Below are positions 11,626 to 23,412 of a stretch of 64,000 nucleotides of DNA, piece after piece; within the stretch, counting starts at the first letter, position 1; each line of letters opens with the position of its first letter. The notes below the pieces were generated by a model. The model was not told the origin of the DNA and made no database searches. It saw nothing but the letters and a program-made list of their open reading frames with translations. A program made the translations under genes and the position numbers. The stretch covers positions 544,001 to 608,000 of the forward strand of contig CAWDVR010000002.1 in assembly GCA_963805975.1 (NCBI GenBank). The letters are read 5' to 3'. The stretch is from an uncultured Acidobacteriota bacterium (GTDB lineage Bacteria; Acidobacteriota; Thermoanaerobaculia; Multivoradales; SZUA-115).

Positions 11626-11979
11626 TCAGGAAGCGCCGAGCCCGGCGACGGCGCTCGGCTCGTCCGGGTAGATACCGGCGTACTGCGCCAAACCCATGAT
11701 CTGGAAAGTCTTCTCGATGGTCGGCGTCAGGTTGCAGAAGGCGAGGCGGCCCTGGACCTCGATCATCTTCTCGATGATCTCGATCAGGATCGAGATGCCG
11801 ATCGAGTTGACGATCTTGGTGCCGGCCAGGTTGAGCAGCAGCTCTCGAACGCCCTGGTCGATCAGCTCGTAGGCCTGGCGGGCGATCTTCTCGCCGCCCT
11901 GGTTGTTGATGTAGCCCTCGGTGTAGAGCACCGCCAGGTTGCCGCGGCGGTCCACTTGCAGGCTCAAGCTCTCGGTCAT
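11626..11979 (-). CDS. STAS-domain anti-sigma factor antagonist (RsbV/SpoIIAA-like)
   Basis: LLLNL..TKIVNSIGISIL with phosphorylatable Ser; FQIMGL. Confidence 0.9.
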   Translation of the reverse strand: MTESLSLQVDRRGNLAVLYTEGYINNQGGEKIARQAYELIDQGVRELLLNLAGTKIVNSIGISILIEIIEKMIEVQGRLAFCNLTPTIEKTFQIMGLAQYAGIYPDEPSAVAGLGAS

Positions 11980-11995
11980 CGTGGAACCCTCTTCC

Positions 11996-12406
11996 TCAGC
12001 GCGCCTTGCTCATGACCACGGTGGTGCCGTTGCCGCCGGAGTGGATCGTAACCTCGTCCATCAAACCACGGATGATCTTGAGACCATGTCCGCGATGCTT
12101 TGGGGAGCGAAGAGGGCTCGCAGGATCGAAGCCCACGCCATGGTCGCGGACCGTGACGCGCAGGGTCTCCGGCTCCCGCTCTCCGAGCACCGAGAACGTC
12201 AGGTGCACCATGCCGTCCGGGGCGTGACTGTATTCGAAGGCGTTGATGCAGGCCTCGACGACCGCCAAGCGGATCTCGTCGACCTTGTCCGGGCTCATCT
12301 TCATGAACTCGGCGAGCGAGGTGACCGTCTTCGTCGCCGCGATCTCCATGTCAGCGACCATCGGGAGCGCCAACGTGACCTCCCTCAAGACAGCGGGCCC
12401 GGCCAT
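11996..12406 (-). CDS. Anti-sigma factor Ser kinase (RsbW/SpoIIAB-like HATPase)
   Basis: LAVVEACINA, DHGVGFD, RGHGLKIIRGLMDEV, GTTVVM. Confidence 0.9.
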   Translation of the reverse strand: MAGPAVLREVTLALPMVADMEIAATKTVTSLAEFMKMSPDKVDEIRLAVVEACINAFEYSHAPDGMVHLTFSVLGEREPETLRVTVRDHGVGFDPASPLRSPKHRGHGLKIIRGLMDEVTIHSGGNGTTVVMSKAR

Positions 12407-12431
12407 TTCCTCGTACGCTCTTCGGAAGGGT

Positions 12432-12593
12432 TCAGAAGGCCAGGTAGAGCTGCAAGAGATACACGACGACCGGGTGAATACGATCCTGCACCAAAAGCCA
12501 GGTGAACCCTGCGAGGCTGGCCACTGAGAACGAGAGCTTCACCGCGACTCGAGGCACCGCGACGGCAACCAGCTTGCGGGCGGATAGTAACAT
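12432..12593 (-). CDS. Small hydrophobic protein (53 aa)
   Basis: GAGAGGAGG RBS shortly before ATG 12593, directly downstream of a sigma54 box; MLLSARKLVAVAVPRVAVKLSFSVASLAGFTWLLVQDRIHPVVVYLLQLYLAF. Confidence 0.7.
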   Translation of the reverse strand: MLLSARKLVAVAVPRVAVKLSFSVASLAGFTWLLVQDRIHPVVVYLLQLYLAF

Positions 12594-12623
12594 GGGGTCC
12601 TCCTCTCCCTGCCCGCCGACAAC

Positions 12624-12638
12624 GCAAGGCCGCTGCCA
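12624..12638 (-). promoter_or_regulatory. Sigma54 -24/-12 promoter
   Basis: Minus strand TGGCAGCGGCCTTGC matches TGGCAC-N5-TTGC spacing. Confidence 0.7.
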
Positions 12639-12733
12639 GCGCACCGAGATCCAGAGGCGATGCCCCAAGTTGTTTGTTTGGAGTGGTTTCCGGAGAGTGT
12701 ATTGCGGCTCGTCCCGCTCCTGTCCGAGTTGAA

Positions 12734-12851
12734 GCGAGACAAAATGCCTCAAGTCTCTTCAAAAACCACCAAAAACATTCAGTTTTTCCTTATTTTTCAT
12801 AGACTTCTACCACATGAGACACTTCGTCTCGCATGAGACACGCTGCCCCGC
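12734..12851. promoter_or_regulatory. Three putative enhancer (UAS) sites for the adjacent sigma54 activator
   Basis: GCGAGACAAAATGCCTCA (12734-12751), rc GCGAGACGAAGTGTCTCA (12815-12832), rc GCGGGGCAGCGTGTCTCA (12834-12851). Confidence 0.55.
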
Positions 12852-12866
12852 TCGCCGGAGCAGGCC

Positions 12867-14351
12867 TCAGAAGCCCTTGCGGAGCAGTGTGCGGCGATCC
12901 ACACCCAGGATTTTCGCTGCCGCGCTCTTGTTGCCCGCCGTCATGCGCAGCACTCGTGCGATGTGCTGCTGTTCCACGGCACCGAGGTCCAGAAGCTGGC
13001 CGTCGGCCTCGGCCGGGGCCTGGCTCACTCCCATCAGCGAGCTCAAGAGCTCGGGCGTGACCTCCCCCTCGGCGAGTGAGAGGGCGCCCTCGATCAGGTT
13101 CTTGAGCTCGCGCACGTTGCCGGGGTAGCCGTGCCGCATCAGGAGCGCCAGGGCCTCGGGAGTCACGGGCGAGCTCTCGATCCCTTCTCGCCGGACGAAG
13201 TCCTCGGCAAAAGAGCGCACCAGATGGGGAATGTCCTCCCGCCGCTCGCGCAGCGGCGGGAGCTGGAGCTCGACGCCCTTGAGCCGGTAGTAGAGATCCT
13301 CCCGAAACGAGCCTTCGACTACCAGGGCCTCGAGATCACGGTGCGTAGCCGCCACCACCCGCACGTCCACCGGGATGGGCCGCCGGCCGCCCACGCGGAC
13401 CACTTCGCGCTCCTGGAGGGCGCGGAGCAGCTTCACCTGGGTGGCGGGCGGCATGTCGCCGATCTCGTCCAGAAAGAGGGTGCCGCCGTCCGCCAGCTCG
13501 AGCGTACCGGCGCGGGCCGTGACCCCGGTCGCGACACCGCCCTCGATACCGAACAGCTCGGCCTCGAGGAGCGAGTCCGGCAGGGCGGCACAGTTGAGCG
13601 CGATGAGCGAGCCGCTGCGGCCCGAGGAGAGGTGGAGGAGCTTGGCGATCAGCTCCTTGCCCGTTCCGCTCTCGCCGCGCACCAGCACGGAGACGCCGCG
13701 CGGCGCCACCCGCTCGGCGATCTCGAGCACCCGCCGCATGGGCGGCGCATGGGCCACGATGCGCTGCCCGGCCACCTCCTGCGCGAGCTGGCCCTTGAGG
13801 ATCTTGTTCTCCTCTTCCAGGCGCTCGCGCTGGGTGCGGAGCTGCTCCACTTTGCGCGCGCTGTCGAGCGACACGGCGGCGAGCGCGGCCACCGAGTCCA
13901 GGAAGCGGCGGTCGTCCTCGGTGAAGGGCGAGGTGCCCTCGCCCCGCGCCTCCTTGTCGAGGAGCGCGAGGTAGCCCAGAAACACACCCCGGTAGTTGAG
14001 CGGCACCGCCAGCAGCTCGCCGTACTCGCGGCCGGCCAGCCGGCCGTCCGGCCGCACCAGCAGGCGGCCCACGGTCAGGAGCTCGGTCCAGATCGGAGCC
14101 GAGAGCAGCACCTCGCCGTCCGGCGGGCGCTCGCCCCAACCTACCGTGGCCAGGGCCTGGGGACGGCCGTAGGCGTCGCGGGTGACGGCGATCGCCGCCG
14201 CCGGGTCGAGCACCGGGAAGACGCGCTCCAGCACCTCCTCCAGCACCTTCTCCTCGGAGCGCCCGGCGTGGAGAGCCACCGCGAGGTCGTACAGGGTCTC
14301 GAGCTGGAGGAGCCGGCGCTTTTCGGCAAAGGCGGTGAGGCGGGCTTCCAT
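12867..14351 (-). CDS. Sigma54-dependent transcriptional activator (GAF-AAA+-Fis HTH)
   Basis: GESGTGKE, ELFG..GVATG (GAFTGA variant), FLDEIG, FREDLYYRL, PGNVREL, HTH. Confidence 0.93.
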   Translation of the reverse strand: MEARLTAFAEKRRLLQLETLYDLAVALHAGRSEEKVLEEVLERVFPVLDPAAAIAVTRDAYGRPQALATVGWGERPPDGEVLLSAPIWTELLTVGRLLVRPDGRLAGREYGELLAVPLNYRGVFLGYLALLDKEARGEGTSPFTEDDRRFLDSVAALAAVSLDSARKVEQLRTQRERLEEENKILKGQLAQEVAGQRIVAHAPPMRRVLEIAERVAPRGVSVLVRGESGTGKELIAKLLHLSSGRSGSLIALNCAALPDSLLEAELFGIEGGVATGVTARAGTLELADGGTLFLDEIGDMPPATQVKLLRALQEREVVRVGGRRPIPVDVRVVAATHRDLEALVVEGSFREDLYYRLKGVELQLPPLRERREDIPHLVRSFAEDFVRREGIESSPVTPEALALLMRHGYPGNVRELKNLIEGALSLAEGEVTPELLSSLMGVSQAPAEADGQLLDLGAVEQQHIARVLRMTAGNKSAAAKILGVDRRTLLRKGF

Positions 14352-14398
14352 GACTGGGACAGCCTACCGCAGGCGTGGGGCATTTCGCCGCAGCTTAC

Positions 14399-16129
14399 CT
14401 AGCTATCGGTCGAAGGCTTTCCGACGGCCTTCTCGGTCGCTCGATCGAGCTGTGGGTGCCTCCGATGGTGCTCCGTCGCGTCCTGGTACTTCTTGGCCAC
14501 GCTCAGGAGCTTGCCTTCCTCGTAGAGCCCGCCCACGAAGCTGATGCTGGTGGGGGTGCCGTCCTTCCTGAAGCCGTTCGGCAGCACCACGGCCGGGTGG
14601 CCGGTCAGATTGGTGAGCAGGAGGTTGTCGCCGCCGAAGGACGGAGCTACGTACACGTCCACCTGCCTCATCACTTCCGCCATGCGCGCGATCAGCAGGC
14701 TGCGCACCCGGTTGGCCTGCAGGTACTCGACCGCCGGGATCAGCCGCGACTCACGGAAGACGTTCGGCCACGCCTGCTTCTCCTGCCGGCCGAGGAGGTC
14801 GTCCCGGCCGGTGAGCGTCAGGTCGTCGAAGGCCGCGGCAGCCTCGGCGCCGAGCAGGAAGGAGAGCGCCCGCACCGGCAGGTCGGTGGGCAGCTCGATG
14901 GGCAGGAGCGAGAAGCCGATGCGTTCCATATCCACGAGGGTCTGCCGGGCGAAGGCGTGAGATTCTTCCTGCCCTTCCTCGGGCTTGGCCTCGAACAGTG
15001 AGCGGACGTAGCCGACCCTGAGCTTCGTGGGGTCGCCAGCCGGTGGCCAGGTGAAGGGAGCGTCCACGGCCGTCGCGTCCTTCCCGTCCCGCCCGGCGAT
15101 CGCGGCGAAGGCCAGGGCGCAGTCCTCGACCGAGCGGCCGATGGGCCCCAGCTTGTCCATGGACCAGGCAAGGGCCATCGCCCCGGTGCGCGGCACACGG
15201 CCGAAGGTTGGGCGCAGTCCCGTGGCACCACAGCGCGTCGACGGCGAGACGATCGAGCCCCAGGTCTCCGAGCCCAGGGCAAAGCCGACCAGCCCCGCCG
15301 CCACGGCCGAGGCCGAGCCCGCCGACGAGCCGCTCGATCCCTGCTCGGAGCTCCAAGGGTTGCGCGTCCTGCCGCCGAACCAGACGTCGCCCCAGGCCAG
15401 CGCTCCCAGCGCCAGCTTTGCGACCAGAACCGCCCCGCTCTCGGTGAGGCGGGCGACCGCGGTCGCGTCCTCGTCGATCGTCTGCGTCTCGTAGGGCTCG
15501 GCACCCCAGGTGGTGCGGTAACCCTGCGCCGCCAGAAGGTCCTTGGCGCCCCACGGGATGCCGTGGAGCGGCCCCCGCACGCGGCCCGCCGCACGCTCGC
15601 GGTCGGCGCGCTCGGCCTCGGCCAGCGCCCGCTCGCGGGTCAGCGTCACCACGCAGTGGAGCAACGGGTCGTAGCGCTCGAGCCGGTCGAGGTAGAGGCG
15701 CGTGAGCTCCACGGAAGAGACCTGGCGCGCGGCCATCAGCCGCGCCAGGTCCGCGGCCGAGGCGAAGGCCAGCTCGCCGTCACTCCCCGGCCGGGTCGCG
15801 GTGCCGGGGCCGAGCGAGACGCCGCTCGGACCGTGCGGCATCTCGGCTCCCGGCGGCAGCGGGTCGAAACGCAGGGCCGGCGGCACCGAGTTGGGCACCG
15901 CCACCTTGCGCAGCTCGCGGAACGCCGCCAGGTTCTCCTCGACGCCCTCGAGCATCAGGTCGCGGTCGGCCGACGAGAATTCCAGCCCCGCGATCCTCTC
16001 CGCCTGCGCCAGGGCCTCCTTGGTCAGCCCGCCGGGCTTCTCCGCCTCGGCGGCCAGAGCGTCTGCTGCCAGCGCCCCGGCGCCGAGCGCCGGCAGCACC
16101 GAGAGAAACCGCCTGCGATCGAGCGCCAT
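14399..16129 (-). CDS. Tat-exported amidase (amidase signature family)
   Basis: MALDRRRFLS twin-Arg signal with GGAGG RBS; GPLHGIPWGAKD, GSSGSSAGS, GSETWGSIVSP. Confidence 0.9.
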   Translation of the reverse strand: MALDRRRFLSVLPALGAGALAADALAAEAEKPGGLTKEALAQAERIAGLEFSSADRDLMLEGVEENLAAFRELRKVAVPNSVPPALRFDPLPPGAEMPHGPSGVSLGPGTATRPGSDGELAFASAADLARLMAARQVSSVELTRLYLDRLERYDPLLHCVVTLTRERALAEAERADRERAAGRVRGPLHGIPWGAKDLLAAQGYRTTWGAEPYETQTIDEDATAVARLTESGAVLVAKLALGALAWGDVWFGGRTRNPWSSEQGSSGSSAGSASAVAAGLVGFALGSETWGSIVSPSTRCGATGLRPTFGRVPRTGAMALAWSMDKLGPIGRSVEDCALAFAAIAGRDGKDATAVDAPFTWPPAGDPTKLRVGYVRSLFEAKPEEGQEESHAFARQTLVDMERIGFSLLPIELPTDLPVRALSFLLGAEAAAAFDDLTLTGRDDLLGRQEKQAWPNVFRESRLIPAVEYLQANRVRSLLIARMAEVMRQVDVYVAPSFGGDNLLLTNLTGHPAVVLPNGFRKDGTPTSISFVGGLYEEGKLLSVAKKYQDATEHHRRHPQLDRATEKAVGKPSTDS

Positions 16130-16167
16130 CAGCAACCTCCTGCGTGATCGCGCCACGCCGGCACCCC

Positions 16168-16599
16168 TCAGCCGGCGAGCGGATTGATGTGGCGGATGCC
16201 GGGGAAGCGCTTGAAGTCGTGGTCCGCGGAGTAGACCGGACAACCGTTCTCGAGGGCGAGAGCCGCCAGATGAGCGTCCGAAGTCAGGTTGCCGGCCGTT
16301 CCCACGGCAGCGACGAGGTTGCGCAGGATCGGCCAGTGCCGGTCGCCCGGCCCGACGGCGCTGACATTGGGCAGCTCGAGCCAGGAGTCCACGTAGGCGA
16401 GCGCCTCTTCGGCGGAAAGAGGGTGGCGAAAGATGCCGTTGCGCGTCACGACCCGGACGAAACCCAGGATCACCACCCAGGCGAGCCCGATTCGAGTGGG
16501 GCTCGAGAGCGTCTGTTCCAGCCAGAGCCGCGCCCGCTCGTGATGGGGTGAGTCCGAGTTGACGGCGTAGAGCAGGAGGTTGGCGTCGACGAGGATCAC
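16168..16599 (-). CDS. vapC: VapC PIN-domain toxin
   Basis: ILVDANLLLYA, DAHLAALALE, SADHDF. Confidence 0.9.
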   Translation of the reverse strand: MILVDANLLLYAVNSDSPHHERARLWLEQTLSSPTRIGLAWVVILGFVRVVTRNGIFRHPLSAEEALAYVDSWLELPNVSAVGPGDRHWPILRNLVAAVGTAGNLTSDAHLAALALENGCPVYSADHDFKRFPGIRHINPLAG

Positions 16600-16862
16600 T
16601 TCCGCAGCTCGAGCTTCTGGGCGATGGCGTCGTCTTCGAGCGCGTCCGCCAGGCTCAAGGCCCGGTCGAGATCGATTCCGGGCATCACTGCGCCGAGCGA
16701 GGACGGCCGCAGGCGATAGGCGCGAGGCTTGGCTGCCGTATGGCTGGCCAGACCCGCGCGTAGGGTGGCATTGACCACCTCCTTGAACGGGCGCCCGCTG
16801 CGATGGGCCCGTTCCTTGAGGACGGCTGCCAGGTCATCTTCGAGGCTCAGGGTGGTGCGCAT
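16596..16862 (-). CDS. vapB: VapB-type RHH antitoxin
   Basis: MRTTLSLEDDL..FKEVVN..LRAGL; overlaps the vapC start. Confidence 0.85.
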   Translation of the reverse strand: MRTTLSLEDDLAAVLKERAHRSGRPFKEVVNATLRAGLASHTAAKPRAYRLRPSSLGAVMPGIDLDRALSLADALEDDAIAQKLELRK

Positions 16863-16926
16863 CGGAGCCGCATCTTAGCACTCCCAGGCGCAGCATCAAC
16901 GCATCATGGGCAGCCCAGCGCGGGCT

Positions 16927-19746
<2,820 letters not shown>

Positions 19747-19782
19747 AAGGCGCGGGACTCTAGCAGAAGTGGGGCGTAAAAG

Positions 19783-19822
19783 CCCCTCACCCTAACCCTC
19801 TCCCCGCGAGCGGGGAGAGGGG
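19783..19822. repeat. BoxC-like palindromic element
   Basis: CCCCTCACCCTAACCCTCTCCCCGCGAGCGGGGAGAGGGG. Confidence 0.65.
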
Positions 19823-19845
19823 ACCGGAGATGGGGGCTTGGATCC

Positions 19846-19869
19846 GTAGGGGCGACCGGCGATCGCCCC
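19846..19869 (+). repeat. GTAG-type REP element (copy 1)
   Basis: GTAGGGGCGACCGGCGATCGCCCC; near-identical copy at 52445. Confidence 0.7.
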
Positions 19870-19891
19870 AGTCAATCGGAGTGAGAGGGAG

Positions 19892-21355
19892 CTAGCCGTC
19901 CATCGACGGCCGCTCGGGCCGAGAGACAGGCTCCGCCGGTGCCGGGGGACGCGGAGCCTGCGGCCCGGCGCCCGGGCCATTACCACCCGGAGGAGGCTGG
20001 CCGCCGCTCTGGCGCAGCCGCTCGAGCAGCCAGGCGGTCGTCGGCACGTTGAGCGAGCGCCGCAGGTTGTCCAGCGCCTTGTCGGTGAGCTGCACGCCCG
20101 CCGCCTGGACGTCGTCCAGGGTGCCGGCGCCTGCCTCCGATCCGAAGGTGAACGGGAAGAGGTCGACCGGCGGGATGCTGCCGCCGAACTTGGCGTTGAT
20201 CGCGGTGATGAAGGCGTTGGCGACGAAGGCGTAGCCAAACGGCGTCGGGTGGACGCCGTCGTACGAGAAGATGCCGCCGGAGAGGTACGAGGCGGTGTAG
20301 GTCAGGCCGCCGAAGCGCAGGCCGCGGGCCGCGATGCGGTCGAAGATGGCGTTGGCGTCCACCAGCGCCGCCCCCTCCGCGCTGGCCACCGCGCTGATCA
20401 CGGCGTTGTAGGCCGCGGTCCGCTGCGTGATGGCAGCCAGCTCACCGGCGTCGAGGAAGAACTGGGTGGGCAGCGGCTGCCCGTTGCTGCCGGGGATGCC
20501 GGCCGGGAGGCCGAAGCCCTGGCGCAGGGCGGTGGTTGCCGACAGCAGCACGCGATCGCTGGCGGTCAAGGGGCCGTTGGGGCCAATCAGCGGCACCGGC
20601 TGACCATTGATCAGCAGCGGCTGGTTGGTCGCCGGGTTGACCACGAAGCGCGGCACGGTGTTGACGAACGGGATCGCCGTGACATTGGGGATGTTGGCGA
20701 TAGCGAGCTGCGCGCCCTGAGCTCGCATCGCGCTCACGATGGCGCGGAAGTCTGCCTCGAACTGGGCCACGGGCGTCAGCGTGACGCCGTCGATCACGAT
20801 GCCGCTAGTGGCGGCTGCCAACACATCGTTGTTGCCGATCCACAGGGTGACGAAAGTGGGATTCGCCAGCACCGCCTGCGTCAACGCAGTACCCCGGCCG
20901 CGCAGCACCAGGTTGACGATGCCATTGCCGGAGAAGGTGTGGCCCACGTCGTGGACTCGGAACCCGGGGACTGCCAAGTTGTCATAGGCCCGGTTCAGGG
21001 CGAGGTTGGTCGGCACCCCGGTCGCGGCCGAGCGCGGCGCGACGACCAGCGGCGAGAGGCTCACCAGGTCGAGGAGCGCCGGGATCCCCGGCGCCGAGAC
21101 CGTAGGCTGCTGGAAGCCGCTGCCGCCGGTCGCCTGGCGGTGGATGAGCCGCGGGTAGCTGTTCGCCTGCACGGAGTCCAGCAGGCCGCCGCTCGCAAAA
21201 CCAGCGGTCAGGCTGTCGCCCAGGGCCACGTAGCGGGAGAAGTTGGCGGAGCCGGTGTTGGCGGCCTGGCCCAGCGCGGGAGCGACGGGTAGCGTGAAGA
21301 TCACCGCCGCGGTGAGCGCGGCGGACAGCAGACGGGAAAGGCGGGGCGATCTCAT
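19892..21355 (-). CDS. Secreted SGNH/GDSL lipase/esterase
   Basis: Signal peptide, ALGDSLTAG, WIGNND, DGVHP. Confidence 0.88.
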   Translation of the reverse strand: MRSPRLSRLLSAALTAAVIFTLPVAPALGQAANTGSANFSRYVALGDSLTAGFASGGLLDSVQANSYPRLIHRQATGGSGFQQPTVSAPGIPALLDLVSLSPLVVAPRSAATGVPTNLALNRAYDNLAVPGFRVHDVGHTFSGNGIVNLVLRGRGTALTQAVLANPTFVTLWIGNNDVLAAATSGIVIDGVTLTPVAQFEADFRAIVSAMRAQGAQLAIANIPNVTAIPFVNTVPRFVVNPATNQPLLINGQPVPLIGPNGPLTASDRVLLSATTALRQGFGLPAGIPGSNGQPLPTQFFLDAGELAAITQRTAAYNAVISAVASAEGAALVDANAIFDRIAARGLRFGGLTYTASYLSGGIFSYDGVHPTPFGYAFVANAFITAINAKFGGSIPPVDLFPFTFGSEAGAGTLDDVQAAGVQLTDKALDNLRRSLNVPTTAWLLERLRQSGGQPPPGGNGPGAGPQAPRPPAPAEPVSRPERPSMDG

Positions 21356-21378
21356 GCTCTTTCTCCTTGTAGTCTCGC

Positions 21379-22689
21379 CTATCGCGACATGGTGAAGCCG
21401 AGCAGCCAGGCGCTGGTGTTGTAAGAGCCGAAGAAGCCCAGCTCACCCTCGAAGGACTCGTCGACCTCACGCTCGTCGAAGTCCAGGTACATCACGGCGA
21501 GGTCGAAGGTCCAGCCGCCGCCGGTGGTGTGGCCGAAGCCCGCCGTCAGAGCGTTGCGGTTCGCGTCGGGCAGCAGCGGGCTCGCCGCCGCCTCGGGTTG
21601 CGGCGTCTCGTCGTAGATGAAGCCCAGCCGCCACTGGTTGGCCGGGCTCGAGTTCCAGCGGAAGCCGGCGCGGTAGTTGTACACGTCCTCCCACTCCTGC
21701 GGCGACTCCTCGGTGGGGAGGGAGTTGTCGGTGAAGAAGATCTCGAGCTTCTCGAAGCTCGACCAGCCGGTCCAGTTGGCGTCCAGCTCGAGGAAGGTGT
21801 TGGGGGTGAAGGCGAACCCGACGCCGAAGGAGGCCATGTCCGGGAACTCGAGCGAGGTCTCGATCGGCAGGTCGCGGCCGAAAGGCCGCGAGGCCGCGAC
21901 CAGGGCATCGAACTGCGCGTTGCCGCTCGACACCTGGGTCAGCCGGGCGTCGCCGCCGAAGTCGACCTCGATCTTGCTGCGGTAGGACAGGCCCCAGGAG
22001 AAGCTGTTGGTCACCTTGTGCAGCATCCCCACGTTCCAGCCCAGGCCGTTGTCGAGGTCGCTCTCGAGCTTGACCTTGGCCACGTCCACCTGCCGGTTGG
22101 TGAACGGGTTGAACGCCGCGGCGCGCCGGTTGAGCTGTACCTCGGCGAAGCGGCCGATGACGCCGAAGCCGAGGCCGAAGTTGGGGGTGGCCTGCCAGGC
22201 GATGCTGGGGTTGAGGTCGTAGGTGGTCAGCTCCGCCTTGGTGTTGATGAACCGGCCAGGGAAAGTCTCCGGGTTCTCCCACTCCGTCACCAGGCCATAG
22301 GGGTCGTTGAAGCCGAAGCCGAAGGTCCAGCTCTGGCTGAGCGGCTTGACGTAGTAGATGTGCGCCGGGGTCACGTAGTTGTCGGCCTGCTCGCCGCGCG
22401 CGGTGGGGCCCGGGAACGGCGCCGCACCTTCGAACTCGGAGTCGCCGAGGCTGATGATGGTCAGGCCGGCCGCGATGCTGCTGTCCTTCTGGAAAGCCAG
22501 GCCGCCGACGTTGTGGAACATCGCCGAGCCGTCGTCCGCCTGGGCGGTGAAGGCCATCCCCATGCCCATCGCCTTGGTGCCCTGCTCGAAGATGCCGAAG
22601 CCTGCCGCGAACGAGGGCGGCGCTGCCGCCACCAGGCTGGCGAGCGCTCCCAGCCAGAGGACTTTCCGTAGTCGTGCGCAACCCCTCAT
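21379..22689 (-). CDS. FadL/OmpP1/TodX-family outer membrane transporter
   Basis: Signal peptide, AGFGIFEQG..MGMAFTAQADDGSAMFHN hatch motif, beta-barrel pattern. Confidence 0.88.
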   Translation of the reverse strand: MRGCARLRKVLWLGALASLVAAAPPSFAAGFGIFEQGTKAMGMGMAFTAQADDGSAMFHNVGGLAFQKDSSIAAGLTIISLGDSEFEGAAPFPGPTARGEQADNYVTPAHIYYVKPLSQSWTFGFGFNDPYGLVTEWENPETFPGRFINTKAELTTYDLNPSIAWQATPNFGLGFGVIGRFAEVQLNRRAAAFNPFTNRQVDVAKVKLESDLDNGLGWNVGMLHKVTNSFSWGLSYRSKIEVDFGGDARLTQVSSGNAQFDALVAASRPFGRDLPIETSLEFPDMASFGVGFAFTPNTFLELDANWTGWSSFEKLEIFFTDNSLPTEESPQEWEDVYNYRAGFRWNSSPANQWRLGFIYDETPQPEAAASPLLPDANRNALTAGFGHTTGGGWTFDLAVMYLDFDEREVDESFEGELGFFGSYNTSAWLLGFTMSR

Positions 22690-22844
22690 GTCGAGGTCTC
22701 CTGTAGAGAAAGAAACGTGCGGATCTGAGAGTGGAATCGCATGTGAAAGATTGACGCTGTAGCTTTCCGGCAGACTAGCCCCTGCCGTAGTGGGGTGTCA
22801 ACGTGGCCTGCTGCTAGAGTACGCAGAGCAGAAGGGGACCCAAG

Positions 22845-23390
22845 ATGGAGTTCGAGAACCGGATCCAGGAGGAGACGCACGCCAAGCTCGAGGAGTATCT
22901 CAGCGAGCTCTTCGACGATGCGTATCACGACCCCGAGAACAACCACTTCTACGTCCGCTACGGGACCACGGTGCTCGAGATCTCGAACGAGCCCTACGGG
23001 CCCGAGGAAGCGGCGGTGACGATCATGTCCTACTGCGTGCAGGGCGTGGAGATCGACGAGGAGCTGCTGCGCAAGCTCCTGGTGCTCAACCATCGCATCC
23101 CCTTCGGGTGCTTCTCCCTCGCCGGGAGCGACATCTTCTTCTCGCACTCGCTCTTCGGACGCACCCTGTCGCGCAGCAACCTGATCACCGCGGTGTCGGC
23201 CGTCGCCACCTTTGCCGACGACTACGACGACAAGATCGTGGCCGGGTACGGCGGCCAGACGGCCCTGCAGCGCATCGAGGAGACCGGAGGCATGCGGCGC
23301 CGGACCTCGGAGCGCCTCACCAACGTCGAGGACGAAGAAGACCTGGGCGATCTCGATCTCGACGGCAACGTCGACCCGGACGATCTCTAG
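22845..23390 (+). CDS. YbjN/CesT-like (T3SS chaperone fold) protein with acidic tail
   Basis: LLRKLLVLN..IPFGCFSL, ADDYDDKIV..YGG pattern. Confidence 0.65.
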   Translation: MEFENRIQEETHAKLEEYLSELFDDAYHDPENNHFYVRYGTTVLEISNEPYGPEEAAVTIMSYCVQGVEIDEELLRKLLVLNHRIPFGCFSLAGSDIFFSHSLFGRTLSRSNLITAVSAVATFADDYDDKIVAGYGGQTALQRIEETGGMRRRTSERLTNVEDEEDLGDLDLDGNVDPDDL

Positions 23391-23412
23391 CCGGCCCTCG
23401 ACGATTCCTCTG

